DNA of 64,000 bases from an uncultured Eubacteriales bacterium (GCA_900319275.1 ONNS01000001.1:19448-83447); one strand, 5' to 3'; counted from the stretch's first letter, positions 18,101-28,343 are shown. Notes: a model not told the origin generated them from the sequence alone. Translations and numbers: made by a program.

Positions 18101-18365
18101 GCGGTTCTTCTCACTAATCCAGGATGCTGCAGCAACACGCGGTTGCGTTTTTTTCGCAGACGCCGGCGACGGACATGAGTTTTCCACAGCCGAGATGGAT
18201 GGGGAAAATATGATGGGATGGCTGATCCCGTCTGAAAGAGCAGACGAGTTTGAGCAGCTATTCCTTAGTGGGGAAGACATCCCGGAAGAGTGGGAAAACC
18301 TGTTTTGCTGGGCTGAATGGGTAAACGCCGAGAGCCCCGAGATTGCCTTTAACTTCTATGGCTAA
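18063..18365 (+). CDS. small acidic protein, candidate immunity partner of the MuF C-terminal module
   Basis: 100-aa ORF overlapping the MuF 3' end by 38 nt; acidic; weak RBS. Confidence 0.4.
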   Translation: MRGLRTQEGSRFERFFSLIQDAAATRGCVFFADAGDGHEFSTAEMDGENMMGWLIPSERADEFEQLFLSGEDIPEEWENLFCWAEWVNAESPEIAFNFYG

Positions 18366-18780
18366 TTTTACTATCCGAGTTGAAGACCATAGCGACGAAG
18401 TGCTCAAAGAAATGGAAGAGATCAAGGAGCGCATCCTCGAAGCGTGGGGACAGCAGGGCGTCAGCTATGTCAAACAAGTCATCACGGCGACCAGCCGTGT
18501 TGACACTGGTGCAATGCGCAATAGCATCAGTCACCAGGTTGCTGAGGGCGAGAGCGCTGTCTATGTTGGAACGAACGACGAGAAGGCAATCTATCATGAA
18601 TACGGAACCGGCATACACGCCGACAATGGAAGAGGCCGAAAGACGCCGTGGCACTATCAGGATAGACACGGCGAGTGGCATACCACGCGCGGCATGAAGC
18701 CGATCCACATGATAAAGAATGGCATTGGCGACCATGTCAAACAGTTCAAACAGATCGCTGAAAATGAATTGAAGAAATAG
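18358..18780 (+). CDS. HK97 gp10-like phage structural protein
   Basis: 140 aa; VDTGAMRNSISHQV and IYHEYGTG motifs typical of the gp10 family. Confidence 0.6.
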   Translation: MANFTIRVEDHSDEVLKEMEEIKERILEAWGQQGVSYVKQVITATSRVDTGAMRNSISHQVAEGESAVYVGTNDEKAIYHEYGTGIHADNGRGRKTPWHYQDRHGEWHTTRGMKPIHMIKNGIGDHVKQFKQIAENELKK

Positions 18781-18815
18781 CAACTGTCCGGTTTTTCAGG
18801 ATAGTTGCTTTTTTG
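18779..18815 (+). terminator. rho-independent terminator
   Basis: agcaact...agttgct stem with inner tcc/gga pairing followed by tttttg. Confidence 0.55.
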
Positions 18816-18966
18816 TATGTGTATTTAACATTGTTAAGCGGGGCGCCTGGAACGGAAAAACTGGCGCCTCGCTCGTTATCAAGGTAAAAACCGCGAGACA
18901 CAGCGGCTTTTATAAATAAATCGAATGGGCGAGACACAGCCCACCGAGACAAAGGAGATTTACGTT

Positions 18967-19584
18967 ATGGCATTTTCTATCAAGCAGATCAAAGCGATTC
19001 TGTCCAGCCACAACATGCCTGTTGATGACCTGGACGCTGCCGCCGAGGATATTTGCGCGAGACACAGCGCAGACCTCGACAGTATCAAGGAAGAGCGCGA
19101 CACCCTCAAGAAGGACGCCGAGACACTGGCGGACGCGAAGAAAGAGCTTGACGCGCTCAAGGCAAACACCGGCGACGATTTCAAGGCCAAGTGGGAAAAG
19201 GAGAAGCAGGACTTCGCTGCCTACAAGGCCGGGGTCGAAAAGGAAAAGGCATTGGATGCAAAACGCGCTGTGCTGCGCGAAATCGCCAAGGACGCCGGAC
19301 TTTCCGACGCCGGAATTGCCAAGGCCGTCAAGTACCACGACTTCGACAAGATGGAGCTTGACGAGAAGGGCGCGGCAAAGGAAAAAGCCGCTATTTTGAA
19401 GGGCCTCAAAGAGGAATGGGCTGACTATGTTCAGACCACCGAAACCAGAGGCGCAAGCACTGCCACGCCGCCCGTCAATGCGGGCGCGGGCAGAATGACT
19501 GCCGACCAGATCATGGCTATTAAGGACGACGCAGAGCGGCAAACCGCTATTGCGCAGAACCTTGACCTGTTCGGCGGCATGTAA
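18967..19584 (+). CDS. capsid scaffolding protein
   Basis: AAGGAG RBS then ATG 18967; 205 aa, charged K/E/D/A-rich coiled-coil sequence immediately upstream of the capsid gene. Confidence 0.7.
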   Translation: MAFSIKQIKAILSSHNMPVDDLDAAAEDICARHSADLDSIKEERDTLKKDAETLADAKKELDALKANTGDDFKAKWEKEKQDFAAYKAGVEKEKALDAKRAVLREIAKDAGLSDAGIAKAVKYHDFDKMELDEKGAAKEKAAILKGLKEEWADYVQTTETRGASTATPPVNAGAGRMTADQIMAIKDDAERQTAIAQNLDLFGGM

Positions 19585-19603
19585 ATAAGAAAGGAGCCGA
19601 AAA

Positions 19604-20536
19604 ATGGCTAATGTAGTCACTACCCCCGAAACCAACGTTATCACCACCCAGCAGATGAGCAAGGCGCGCGAGATCGACTTCGTCCGCCGCTTTACCGGTG
19701 CGTCCCTCCAGAAGCTGATCGAGGTCCTCGGTGTAACCCGGAAGATCCCCATGATCGACGGCACCAAGCTCTACTACTACGTCACCACCGGCACGCTGCA
19801 GAGCGGCATCGTTCCCGAGGGTGAAATTATCCCCCTGTCCCAGTACAAGCGGGACAAGGTTCCTGTCGGCGACATCACGCTGAAGAAATGGCGCAAGGCT
19901 GCCACCGCCGAAGCGATCCTTAAATCCGGCTATGACGAGGCCGTGCGCGAGACCGATAAGAAACTGCTGGCTGACGTGCAGAACGGCATCCGCGCGGACT
20001 TCTTCACCTATCTGACCGGCATCGTGCAGCCTGCGAGCGGCACCGAGGGCCAGGACGGATATGTGCCCGCCGTCGGCACTGCCGTAACCGGCAGCACACT
20101 GCAGGCGGTTATCGCCAAGACCTGGGGCAACCTGCAGGTTCTGTTCGAGAACGACAGCGCGGACATCGTCCACTTCATCCACCCGCTGACAATTGCAGAC
20201 TATCTTGCCGCTGCCAACATCACGGCGCAGACCGCATTCGGCTTCTCCTACGTCGAGAACTTCCTCGGTATGGGTACGGTCATCATGAACAGCCGTGTTC
20301 CTGCCAATGCCGTGTACAGCACGGCCAAGGAAAACCTGATCATGTACTATATCCCTGTGACCGCTGATGCCATGAAGGCATTCACCATGACTGCCGATCG
20401 GACCGGCTATGTTGGCATCAAGAGCGGCTACCAGACCGAGGAGCGCGCCCAGATCGAGTCTCTGGTCATGTCCGGCATTCAGTTCCTCGTAGAGTACGCG
20501 AACGGAGTGGTCAAAGGAACCATTGCCAACGGCTGA
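19604..20536 (+). CDS. major capsid protein
   Basis: 310 aa, AAGGAG RBS, position after scaffold; family not confirmed. Confidence 0.7.
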   Translation: MANVVTTPETNVITTQQMSKAREIDFVRRFTGASLQKLIEVLGVTRKIPMIDGTKLYYYVTTGTLQSGIVPEGEIIPLSQYKRDKVPVGDITLKKWRKAATAEAILKSGYDEAVRETDKKLLADVQNGIRADFFTYLTGIVQPASGTEGQDGYVPAVGTAVTGSTLQAVIAKTWGNLQVLFENDSADIVHFIHPLTIADYLAAANITAQTAFGFSYVENFLGMGTVIMNSRVPANAVYSTAKENLIMYYIPVTADAMKAFTMTADRTGYVGIKSGYQTEERAQIESLVMSGIQFLVEYANGVVKGTIANG

Positions 20537-20538
20537 TC

Positions 20539-20763
20539 ATGGCGCGGTCTAAGAAGAACACCGCCGTTGAATTGTCAGCAGTGACAGCAATTGTGCATTC
20601 TGCGCCGGGTCTCAACCTCCGCAAAAGCCCGGCGCTCAATGCGCCCGTTCTGCGCATTTTGCAGGATGGCGAGCAGATCACCCTTGACAGTAGTTTGGAA
20701 GCGCCCAACGGATGGAAAGCCGTTGCAGGCGGCGGTTTTGTGATGGCGCAGTATATCCAGTAA
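20539..20763 (+). CDS. SH3b-like domain protein (possible head decoration)
   Basis: 74 aa; LNLRKSPALNAPVLRILQDGEQITL...GWKAV...GFV pattern of bacterial SH3 domains. Confidence 0.5.
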   Translation: MARSKKNTAVELSAVTAIVHSAPGLNLRKSPALNAPVLRILQDGEQITLDSSLEAPNGWKAVAGGGFVMAQYIQ

Positions 20764-20775
20764 AGGAGTGGTGAC

Positions 20776-21231
20776 ATGGAGATCGAACTGACCGAGGTCT
20801 GCCAAGAGCTTCGAAATTGGTTTGACCGTGAACACTATTTTGGGCGAATCACGCTTGCCGCCAATGGAGACGTGTACTGCAACGGCGTTGCAATCGGCCT
20901 GTTGGATGGACAGTATTTCCGAGTCACAGGCTCGGTGTTTGCTGACGGGGTACACAAATATCCAGACACACAGACGGTCGGAGAAACCTTCGACGGCGCT
21001 GTGTGGGCGATGGCCGTTCCCGCATCTGTCATTAAACTTGCGACAGAGATCGCAGAATGGCGGGCGAAGTATGAGGCGCCTGACGCAGCCTCCATGTCAC
21101 CGTATATGGCTGAGAGCTTTGGTGGCTATTCATATTCAAAGGGGAGTTCTTACACAGGGGCCGGCAGCGGGGGAGGCACAAGTTGGAAAAGTGCCTTTGC
21201 CGCGAAGCTAAACGCTTGGAGGAAAATCTGA
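20776..21231 (+). CDS. hypothetical head-tail connector-region protein
   Basis: 151-aa ORF between capsid and tail genes. Confidence 0.45.
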   Translation: MEIELTEVCQELRNWFDREHYFGRITLAANGDVYCNGVAIGLLDGQYFRVTGSVFADGVHKYPDTQTVGETFDGAVWAMAVPASVIKLATEIAEWRAKYEAPDAASMSPYMAESFGGYSYSKGSSYTGAGSGGGTSWKSAFAAKLNAWRKI

Positions 21232-21590
21232 TGAGCCTGCTTGATGATAAAATGGAGCCCTTTGTCATGATGGGCAAGCAAAGCGGGCTCGACGGAAATG
21301 GCGGTATTGTGCGAGAGTGGGCCGATGGCGAGGAATTCAAGGCCGCGGCTGTGCCAAATAAGTCCACAACTGTCCGCGTCGGCACTGTTCAGAGCGTGAC
21401 CGGCTCATACACGATCACAACATCGCGCGCCGTCAATCTGCAGCCGTTCGATGTGTGCAAGCGGGTCCGCGATGGAAAGGTCTTTCTTGTCAAGTCGGAT
21501 GGCGACGATAACGCTACACCCTCGACCGCGACGCTTGATATGCGTCAGGTGACTGCGGAAGAGTGGAAGCCTCAAAAATCCGAGGAATGA
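21231..21590 (+). CDS. putative head closure / head-tail adaptor protein
   Basis: 119 aa; TGATG junction with previous gene; size and position only. Confidence 0.4.
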   Translation: MSLLDDKMEPFVMMGKQSGLDGNGGIVREWADGEEFKAAAVPNKSTTVRVGTVQSVTGSYTITTSRAVNLQPFDVCKRVRDGKVFLVKSDGDDNATPSTATLDMRQVTAEEWKPQKSEE

Positions 21591-21600
21591 GGTGTGGAGC

Positions 21601-21984
21601 ATGACAAAACGCCAAGCAATACACACCTTCTGGTCCTCTTTCGACTGGCCGGCGATCAATGAGCAAAGCGATATCGATGAGGATACCGCGAAAGAGCTTG
21701 GATTTGATACAAGGCGTATCGAATACGAATTCCGTTCGGGGGATTACTCTGAACCCGTCGCTTTGACGGCCTCACTTTTCCAGCGGTCTGATTCCTGGAC
21801 AGACATTGATGCCAAAGCGCGGGAAATCCGGGCGTTTATCAACCATGGCTACCGTGAGCCTATTGACGGCGGCTATCTCTGGATAACGGCCGGGAACCCA
21901 TTTACAAATGACGAGGCCCCGGCCGAAACCGGATGGAGGCGCGTCATTCTCAATATCAACGCACATTTTTTAACATCAACCTAA
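21601..21984 (+). CDS. hypothetical head-tail joining-region protein
   Basis: GGTGTGGAG RBS then ATG 21601; 127 aa. Confidence 0.4.
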   Translation: MTKRQAIHTFWSSFDWPAINEQSDIDEDTAKELGFDTRRIEYEFRSGDYSEPVALTASLFQRSDSWTDIDAKAREIRAFINHGYREPIDGGYLWITAGNPFTNDEAPAETGWRRVILNINAHFLTST

Positions 21985-22009
21985 AGGACGGCATCTGCCG
22001 TCCTTTTTG
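21985..22009 (+). terminator. rho-independent terminator
   Basis: aggacggca/tgccgtcct stem followed by ttttt. Confidence 0.7.
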
Positions 22010-22029
22010 CACATTGAAAGGAGAATCAT

Positions 22030-22863
22030 ATGGGACGCTTTACCCGTATCGCGGCTGACGCGATGGACGCTCTTCAGGTCGACGCCGGTGTACTTCTGAG
22101 CAATTTCGACCCGGAGAATCCCTACAAGACCCCGAGTGACGCTGACATCATTGCCACGACCACCGGCGGCATCAACCCGACCTGCGAGCCGCAGTACAGT
22201 GACTACGGTGAGGATGTGGATAATGTGCCGAACAACGTGATGGAGTTCAAGCACCTGGACGGTTGGAACTGCGCTATGGGCTTTTCCTCCATCAAGTTCA
22301 ACGCTGCGAATACCGTTTGGGCGCTCGGCGCCGCCGACAAGACCACGCTTGACAATGGCGTGACCAAGATTGTCCCGCGCCGCAATGTGAAGCTGACGGA
22401 CTTCAAGGATCTCTGGTGGGTGGGCGATAAAGCCAACGGTGGCGCGTATGCCGTGTGCTTAAAAAATGCTATTTCCACGGGCGGTCTCAACATCAAGAGC
22501 AGCAAAAACGGCAAGGGCACCAATCAGCAGACGATCACCGGCCATGTGTCCATCAACGATCAGGACAAGATGCCGATGGAATTCTATGATATCCCGCCCG
22601 AGGACGGCGCAGGCGTTCAGCCTGAGGTTCAGCTCGAACAGCACCGGGCGACCGTAGCTGAGGGCGGCACCGTTGTGCTTCACGGCTATAGATATCCTAT
22701 CGACGCGGAGATCACGTGGAGCAGCAGCAATACAGATGTGGCGACCGTGTCCGACGGAACAGTAACAGGCGTCGCCACTGGCAATTGCATCGTAACCGCA
22801 TCGATCACGGTTGACGGTGTGACCTATAACGACACCTGCACAGTGATCGTAACGGAGGGCTAA
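22030..22863 (+). CDS. major tail protein with C-terminal Ig-like (Big_2-type) domain
   Basis: 277 aa; C-terminal ITWSSSNTDVATVSDGTVTGVATGNCIVTASITVDGVTYNDTCTVIV; followed by chaperone and tape measure. Confidence 0.75.
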   Translation: MGRFTRIAADAMDALQVDAGVLLSNFDPENPYKTPSDADIIATTTGGINPTCEPQYSDYGEDVDNVPNNVMEFKHLDGWNCAMGFSSIKFNAANTVWALGAADKTTLDNGVTKIVPRRNVKLTDFKDLWWVGDKANGGAYAVCLKNAISTGGLNIKSSKNGKGTNQQTITGHVSINDQDKMPMEFYDIPPEDGAGVQPEVQLEQHRATVAEGGTVVLHGYRYPIDAEITWSSSNTDVATVSDGTVTGVATGNCIVTASITVDGVTYNDTCTVIVTEG

Positions 22864-22866
22864 CAC

Positions 22867-23220
22867 ATGGATAGGACCAACGAAGAGCGGCTGGACTTTC
22901 TGGCCGACATGATGGAACCGGCCGCGGAGATTTTCTCGGATCCGGAATTGCAGAAGATCATCAACTCCGGCGTTGCTCCGCTCAAGGCCGTTAAACCGGC
23001 CATCAAGAATCACAAGACAGCCTGTATCTCCATCCTCGCGGCGCTGGAGGAAACGCCTGTTGAGGAATACCACGTTCCGGCTCCCGGTGCTTTCTTCTTG
23101 AAAGTGCTCGGCCTGTTTTCTCGCCCGGAGGTCAAGGCGCTTTTTACTTCGCAGAGTCAGCAGAACGACAACGGCTCTTCTGGCTCTGCTACGGAGAATA
23201 CCGCGGACGGCGGCAAATAA
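22867..23220 (+). CDS. tail assembly chaperone (gpG-like)
   Basis: 117 aa between major tail and tape measure genes; -1 frame stays open past its stop. Confidence 0.7.
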   Translation: MDRTNEERLDFLADMMEPAAEIFSDPELQKIINSGVAPLKAVKPAIKNHKTACISILAALEETPVEEYHVPAPGAFFLKVLGLFSRPEVKALFTSQSQQNDNGSSGSATENTADGGK

Positions 23221-23510
23221 AGCACTTTTTACATTACGCGCAAGCCCGGGAATGGCAAGAGGCTGAGGATAGACTGCGGCACATCTATACGACAGATGCG
23301 CTGAAGCTGATTGCCGAGAACACCTCAAAAACTGTCATTCCCGGCGTCGGTGTGGTGGATATTGGATCAATCCTCGCAAAACGATGGATCGAGCTGGCGC
23401 AGCCGCGAAAAGAGCCGGAGAAGGCGGAGGACACTCGGGATTGCCGAGAAATAGCAGACGATATCTGGAAACGGATGAGAGGTGGCAAGCATGGCGTTCA
23501 GCGTTTTTGA
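23064..23510 (+). other. -1 frame extension of the tail chaperone (gpGT-like programmed frameshift product)
   Basis: Frame -1 relative to 22867..23220 is open from 23064 to TGA 23508-23510, with no ATG/GTG/TTG until about 23352; best slip candidate is CTTTTTA at 23140-23146 (non-canonical). Confidence 0.55.
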
Positions 23511-26445
23511 TCTATTTGCCAAGTTATCCTTAGATTCAAGTGAATATGAAAGAGGGCTTGCCGAGGCAAAGGGTAGCGCCACAAGCGCAGGCAGCGGAAT
23601 TGGAAACGCACTGAAAACAGGCGTTAAAGTGGCCGGCGCCGTGCTTGCGGCCGCTGGTACCGCTGTCGTCGCTTTTGGTAAAACGTCTGTTAATGCCGGT
23701 GTGCAGTTTGACACCGCTATGTCCCAAGTCGCCGCGACCATGGGCAAGACCGTTGAGGAGCTCGTGCAGAGCACAGGGACTGCCGAGACGTCGTTCGGAC
23801 ACTTTGAAGGCAATCTCCGAGATTTTGCACAATTCCTTGGTGCCAATACAGCCTTTTCAGCAACGCAAGCCGCCGAGGCTCTAAACTATATGGCCCTCGC
23901 CGGGTATGACGTGCAGCAGAGCATGGATATGCTGCCGAATGTGCTCTCCCTTGCCGCTGCCGGTAACTTTGACCTTGCCAGAGCCTCGGATATGGTGACC
24001 GACGCTCAAACAGCGTTTGGCATCAATGCGGGGCGCACAACGCAGATGGTCGATGAGATGGCGAAAGCGGCATCGACTGGCAATACGTCAGTTGAACAAC
24101 TCGGTGATGCTTTCCTCGTGGTCGGCGGTCTTGCGCAAGAGCTGAACGGCGGTCTTGTTACCTTGGCAAATGGAACCACAACTTCAGTTGATGGACTGCA
24201 GGAACTCGAGATTGCATTGACAGCCATGGCAAACGCTGGCGTGAAAGGCAGCGAAGCCGGCACGCACATGCGGAACATGCTGCTGAAACTGTCCTCACCG
24301 ACAAAGGAAGGACGGGAAGCGTTTGAGGCGCTCGGCGTGTCTGTCTTTGATGCCAACGGGGAAATGAAATCCCTTGAGGAAATCTTCGGGGATTTGAATA
24401 GAGCCATGTCCACCCTCACGCAGGAGGAAAAGATACAGGCTATTTCCGACATCTTCAATGTCCGCGATGTTGCTTCTGCCGAAGCGCTGCTCAATGCGGT
24501 GGGCCAGGACTGGAACAAGATCGGCGCAGCAATCCTTGACGCGCAAGGCGCGGCCGCACAGATGGCGGCAACACAGCTTGACAACCTTGCCGGCGATATG
24601 ACCCTGTTTCAGTCAGCGCTTGAAGGAGCAAAGATCGCAATATCCGACAGCCTGACACCTACGCTGCGTAACTTTGTTAAGTTTGGCACGTCAGCCGTTT
24701 CTGAGCTCGGAACAGCGTTCAAAGAGGACGGGCTACAGGGCGCCTTGAATGCTCTTGGCCCTGTCATCAATCAGGGCGTCGAGCTTATCTTCTCGGCACT
24801 TCCGAATGTCTTGAACGCCGCGACGAGTTTGCTGACTTCTTTTGGCTCTGCCATAATCCAGAACCTCCCGAAACTTATCCCTGCTGGCATTCAGATCGTT
24901 ACAACGCTTGTGGCGTCACTCGTTTCCGGCTTCCCAGAATTGCTGTCGTCAGCAACTCAAATAATCAAGCAGATCTCGGATGGAATCATGCAGGTTCTTC
25001 CGCAGCTCATACCGGCTGCAATTCAGATTATATCCACTCTTGGGCAGGGGATTATGACGATGCTCCCGGAACTCGCAACATCAGCGATTGACATGATCTC
25101 TACGCTGACCAAAGGGATCCAGGAAAATCTCCCGCAGCTTATCCCGGCAGCAATGAACGCTATCATGCAATTCTCAGGTTCGCTGCGCGAGAACTTCGGG
25201 AATATTGTGGACGCCGGCTTGCAGCTGATTATGACGTTGGCTGACGCTTTGATTCAGAATTTGCCGGTCTTCATCGAGACTGTTCCGACCATCGTTTCCA
25301 ATATTGCCGGACTAATAAACGACAACGCGCCGAAGCTACTTGAAAGCGGCATCCAGCTGATCATTCAGCTTGTTGCCGGAATTGTCCAGGCGGTCCCGAC
25401 GCTTATCGCGGAATTTCCCAAGATCATTCGAGCCATTTTCGACGTGATCACTGCGGTCAACTGGATCAATCTCGGCGGAACTATCATCACCGGAATAAAA
25501 AACGGCATTTCCGGACTGGCAAAAAGTGTGCCGGAAACGCTTAAAAAAATCGGCGAAGAGGCACGAGATTGGCTTAAGGCAATCGACTGGAAAACTCTCG
25601 GCGCTGACATTATCGACCTGATCAAAATAGGAGTGCAGTCGCTTATCAATGTGATTCCGAACCTTCTGAAAAGCATTGGAGCGACAGCAGTGAAACTGTT
25701 TAAGGAAATCGATTGGCTCGATCTCGGCATCAATGTTATCAATGGCATTGTCGCGGGGCTGAACGGCATTTCTAACTTCCTGTGGGAGGCTATCAAGGCA
25801 ATAGGGCAGGGGATTATAGATGGATTCAAGGGCATCCTTGGAATCCATAGCCCCTCTACCGTTATGGCAGAACTCGGCAAATATCTAATCCTCGGCTTTA
25901 TAAACGGCATCAGCGAAAAAGTCGGTGCAATAACTGAGCAGATCAAAAACCTGACCGGATCGATCAGCAATATTTTCAGCAACCTCGGCAGTAGTGCTGC
26001 ACAATGGGGCCGCGATCTGATCGGGAATTTTGTCGACGGCCTGAACCAGAAGCTGCAAAACCTGAAAGACAAAGCCGTCGGTATCGCACAGCAGATCAAA
26101 GATGTTATCGGCTTCTCGGAACCGAAAGAAGGCCCGTTGTCGAATTTCCACACCTATGCGCCGGATATGATGGAACTGTTTGCAAAGGGCATTCGGGACA
26201 ATGAGAACCTCATTACGGACGCAATCAGCAGCAGTTTCAACTTGCACGACCAGATCGGCGCGAGTTTCAACGGCGGGCGCGTGGTCAGCAGTGGAGCGCC
26301 GCGCAGCATTTCCGGCAGCAACGGCAACACGACCGTTATTTTGCAGGTTGACCGCACTGAGCTTGGCCGCGTGGTTTTCCAGCTCAACGATGAGGAGACG
26401 CAGCGCGTTGGCGTCCGTCTCGCTACGGGAGGAGCTTACGCATGA
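23482..26445 (+). CDS. tail tape measure protein
   Basis: 987 aa, Ala/Leu-rich helical repeats (LPQLIPAAIQII-type repeats); GTG 23482 or ATG 23491 start. Confidence 0.88.
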   Translation: MASMAFSVFDLFAKLSLDSSEYERGLAEAKGSATSAGSGIGNALKTGVKVAGAVLAAAGTAVVAFGKTSVNAGVQFDTAMSQVAATMGKTVEELVQSTGTAETSFGHFEGNLRDFAQFLGANTAFSATQAAEALNYMALAGYDVQQSMDMLPNVLSLAAAGNFDLARASDMVTDAQTAFGINAGRTTQMVDEMAKAASTGNTSVEQLGDAFLVVGGLAQELNGGLVTLANGTTTSVDGLQELEIALTAMANAGVKGSEAGTHMRNMLLKLSSPTKEGREAFEALGVSVFDANGEMKSLEEIFGDLNRAMSTLTQEEKIQAISDIFNVRDVASAEALLNAVGQDWNKIGAAILDAQGAAAQMAATQLDNLAGDMTLFQSALEGAKIAISDSLTPTLRNFVKFGTSAVSELGTAFKEDGLQGALNALGPVINQGVELIFSALPNVLNAATSLLTSFGSAIIQNLPKLIPAGIQIVTTLVASLVSGFPELLSSATQIIKQISDGIMQVLPQLIPAAIQIISTLGQGIMTMLPELATSAIDMISTLTKGIQENLPQLIPAAMNAIMQFSGSLRENFGNIVDAGLQLIMTLADALIQNLPVFIETVPTIVSNIAGLINDNAPKLLESGIQLIIQLVAGIVQAVPTLIAEFPKIIRAIFDVITAVNWINLGGTIITGIKNGISGLAKSVPETLKKIGEEARDWLKAIDWKTLGADIIDLIKIGVQSLINVIPNLLKSIGATAVKLFKEIDWLDLGINVINGIVAGLNGISNFLWEAIKAIGQGIIDGFKGILGIHSPSTVMAELGKYLILGFINGISEKVGAITEQIKNLTGSISNIFSNLGSSAAQWGRDLIGNFVDGLNQKLQNLKDKAVGIAQQIKDVIGFSEPKEGPLSNFHTYAPDMMELFAKGIRDNENLITDAISSSFNLHDQIGASFNGGRVVSSGAPRSISGSNGNTTVILQVDRTELGRVVFQLNDEETQRVGVRLATGGAYA

Positions 26446-27056
26446 GTTTTTCGATTGATGGCGCACGCTGGGAATACCCCTGTCAGATCGAGCGCACCGC
26501 CAAAGTAACGTCAAGTGGCTTGTCCGGCTTGATGCTGGACAAGTCATATTTTAATGACGTACTCGGTACATGGCTGCGTTACAGTCTGACGCTTGCTGTG
26601 CCTATCGGCAGCGAGCCGGACTATTACGCGATCTATGACGCGCTGACGGCCCCGGTTGGGGGGCACACTTTCATACTTCCGTACAACAAAACGGACATTG
26701 AATTTTTCGGGCGTGTCGAATCCGTTTCTGATGTCTGGATACAGATGACGGACGGCAACTACTGGAAAGGCACTCGGTTCGAGATCATAGCAAGCGAGCC
26801 GAGCAAAGAGGCGACGCTTGATGAGGTGGTGACGCGCGGCCATAACCCTGTAGCGCCGCTGCCGTGGAGCGGTATCGTCAAGCTTTATATCGACGATGAC
26901 GGCTACCTGCATCAAGTCAAAACCGAGGGGCAAGACCTTGATTTTTACATTGACGATGACGGTATGCTGCATAAGGTCACGCACGGAACGTACATTGAAT
27001 ACACACCCTACGGCTGGGAGCGCGTGTTGTTCAGCGGCGACGATCTATATTTTTAA
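26442..27056 (+). CDS. distal tail protein-like tail component
   Basis: 204 aa, ATGA-coupled to the tape measure gene; position only. Confidence 0.45.
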   Translation: MSFSIDGARWEYPCQIERTAKVTSSGLSGLMLDKSYFNDVLGTWLRYSLTLAVPIGSEPDYYAIYDALTAPVGGHTFILPYNKTDIEFFGRVESVSDVWIQMTDGNYWKGTRFEIIASEPSKEATLDEVVTRGHNPVAPLPWSGIVKLYIDDDGYLHQVKTEGQDLDFYIDDDGMLHKVTHGTYIEYTPYGWERVLFSGDDLYF

Positions 27057-27071
27057 GGCCGGAGGCGCAGT

Positions 27072-28343
27072 ATGAAACTGACTGTTGGTGAAAAAACATA
27101 CACAAAGCTTCGTGACTTGAAATTTGATCCCGCCGCTGATGTGCGCGGAAGCGAAGTCCCGATCAATGAATTTTCTGTCAGTGTCGTAACGGTGGACGAT
27201 ATAGACGCTATGCAGTATGCATGGCTGTATGATGATACAGACAAGCTTTGGGCAAAATACTGGATTGTTTATGCTGATCGAGCCGACAAGAACACTGTGA
27301 CCGTCAAGGCTCAGTCCAGCCTGAAGTTGCTGGAGCGCCGGATGCTTGACGCTCACATGTACCAAGCGCAGCCCGCCGCTGCTGTGATCGCTGACATTTT
27401 CGACGAGCTGGGCGCCGATTCCTATGTGCTGGATTCGTCCTTTGCGTCCGCCACACTAACCGGCCTCGTGCCTTATCAGAGCTGCAAAACCCGTTTGCAA
27501 TGGGTTTGTTTTGTGTTGGGCGCTTACATCAAAAGTTTTTTCTCGGAGAAGATCGAGATTCTACCCGTTCAGCAAACGCCTAAAATTATTCCGATGGAGC
27601 GCGTTTATCACAAGCCGAACCTTGTATATGCTGAGTACATCACACGAATCAGTGTGACAGCCTACAGCTACCAGCAAGGAACACCGGCGACAACAGATAC
27701 ATGGGTGGAGGCTGACGGTAACGTTTATATCCAGACACAGCTCAATCACGGAATCAGAAATCCCGATGTGCCGACTGAAGCGCTGACACACGAAACGCAC
27801 TTCACCGGCATTACGCTTGTCAATGATGACAATGTGGACGAAATACTCGCGCGGCTCGGCCCGTCGTATTTCCGGCGCGTCTCGGCTGAGTTCCAGGCGA
27901 TCAACAACGGCGATTATTTGCCGGGAGACCGTGTTATGGTTTTCACCGACCAGTCGCACGTTGTCGAGGGATTTATTGAACAAATAGACTGCTCTTTCGG
28001 CTTGCAGGCTGCATCAAAAATGACCATAACGCCCGCTGTGTCGGTGGAATGCGCCTTGCTTACCGTTGTCAGCAAGTACGGCAATATCACGATCTCCCGC
28101 GCCGAATATTGGTGGCCGATTGGCTATCCCTATGATATTGAAATCCCGTGGCTTGATGAAACGTGGCTCGGAACGCGCTATATTCTGAAGCCCTCACAGG
28201 ACAGCATAACCGGCACGCTGACAGAAGACGGCGCAACGGTCGAGATCGAATATACCCCGGCGCTGGAATTCCACGACGGCGATTTACGCATCGTTTTCGT
28301 TGACGATTACAGCGTGACAGATGGGACGGTGAAGATTGAATGA
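27072..28343 (+). CDS. tail hub / tail-associated (Tal-like) structural protein
   Basis: 423 aa following the Dit-like gene; position only. Confidence 0.45.
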   Translation: MKLTVGEKTYTKLRDLKFDPAADVRGSEVPINEFSVSVVTVDDIDAMQYAWLYDDTDKLWAKYWIVYADRADKNTVTVKAQSSLKLLERRMLDAHMYQAQPAAAVIADIFDELGADSYVLDSSFASATLTGLVPYQSCKTRLQWVCFVLGAYIKSFFSEKIEILPVQQTPKIIPMERVYHKPNLVYAEYITRISVTAYSYQQGTPATTDTWVEADGNVYIQTQLNHGIRNPDVPTEALTHETHFTGITLVNDDNVDEILARLGPSYFRRVSAEFQAINNGDYLPGDRVMVFTDQSHVVEGFIEQIDCSFGLQAASKMTITPAVSVECALLTVVSKYGNITISRAEYWWPIGYPYDIEIPWLDETWLGTRYILKPSQDSITGTLTEDGATVEIEYTPALEFHDGDLRIVFVDDYSVTDGTVKIE

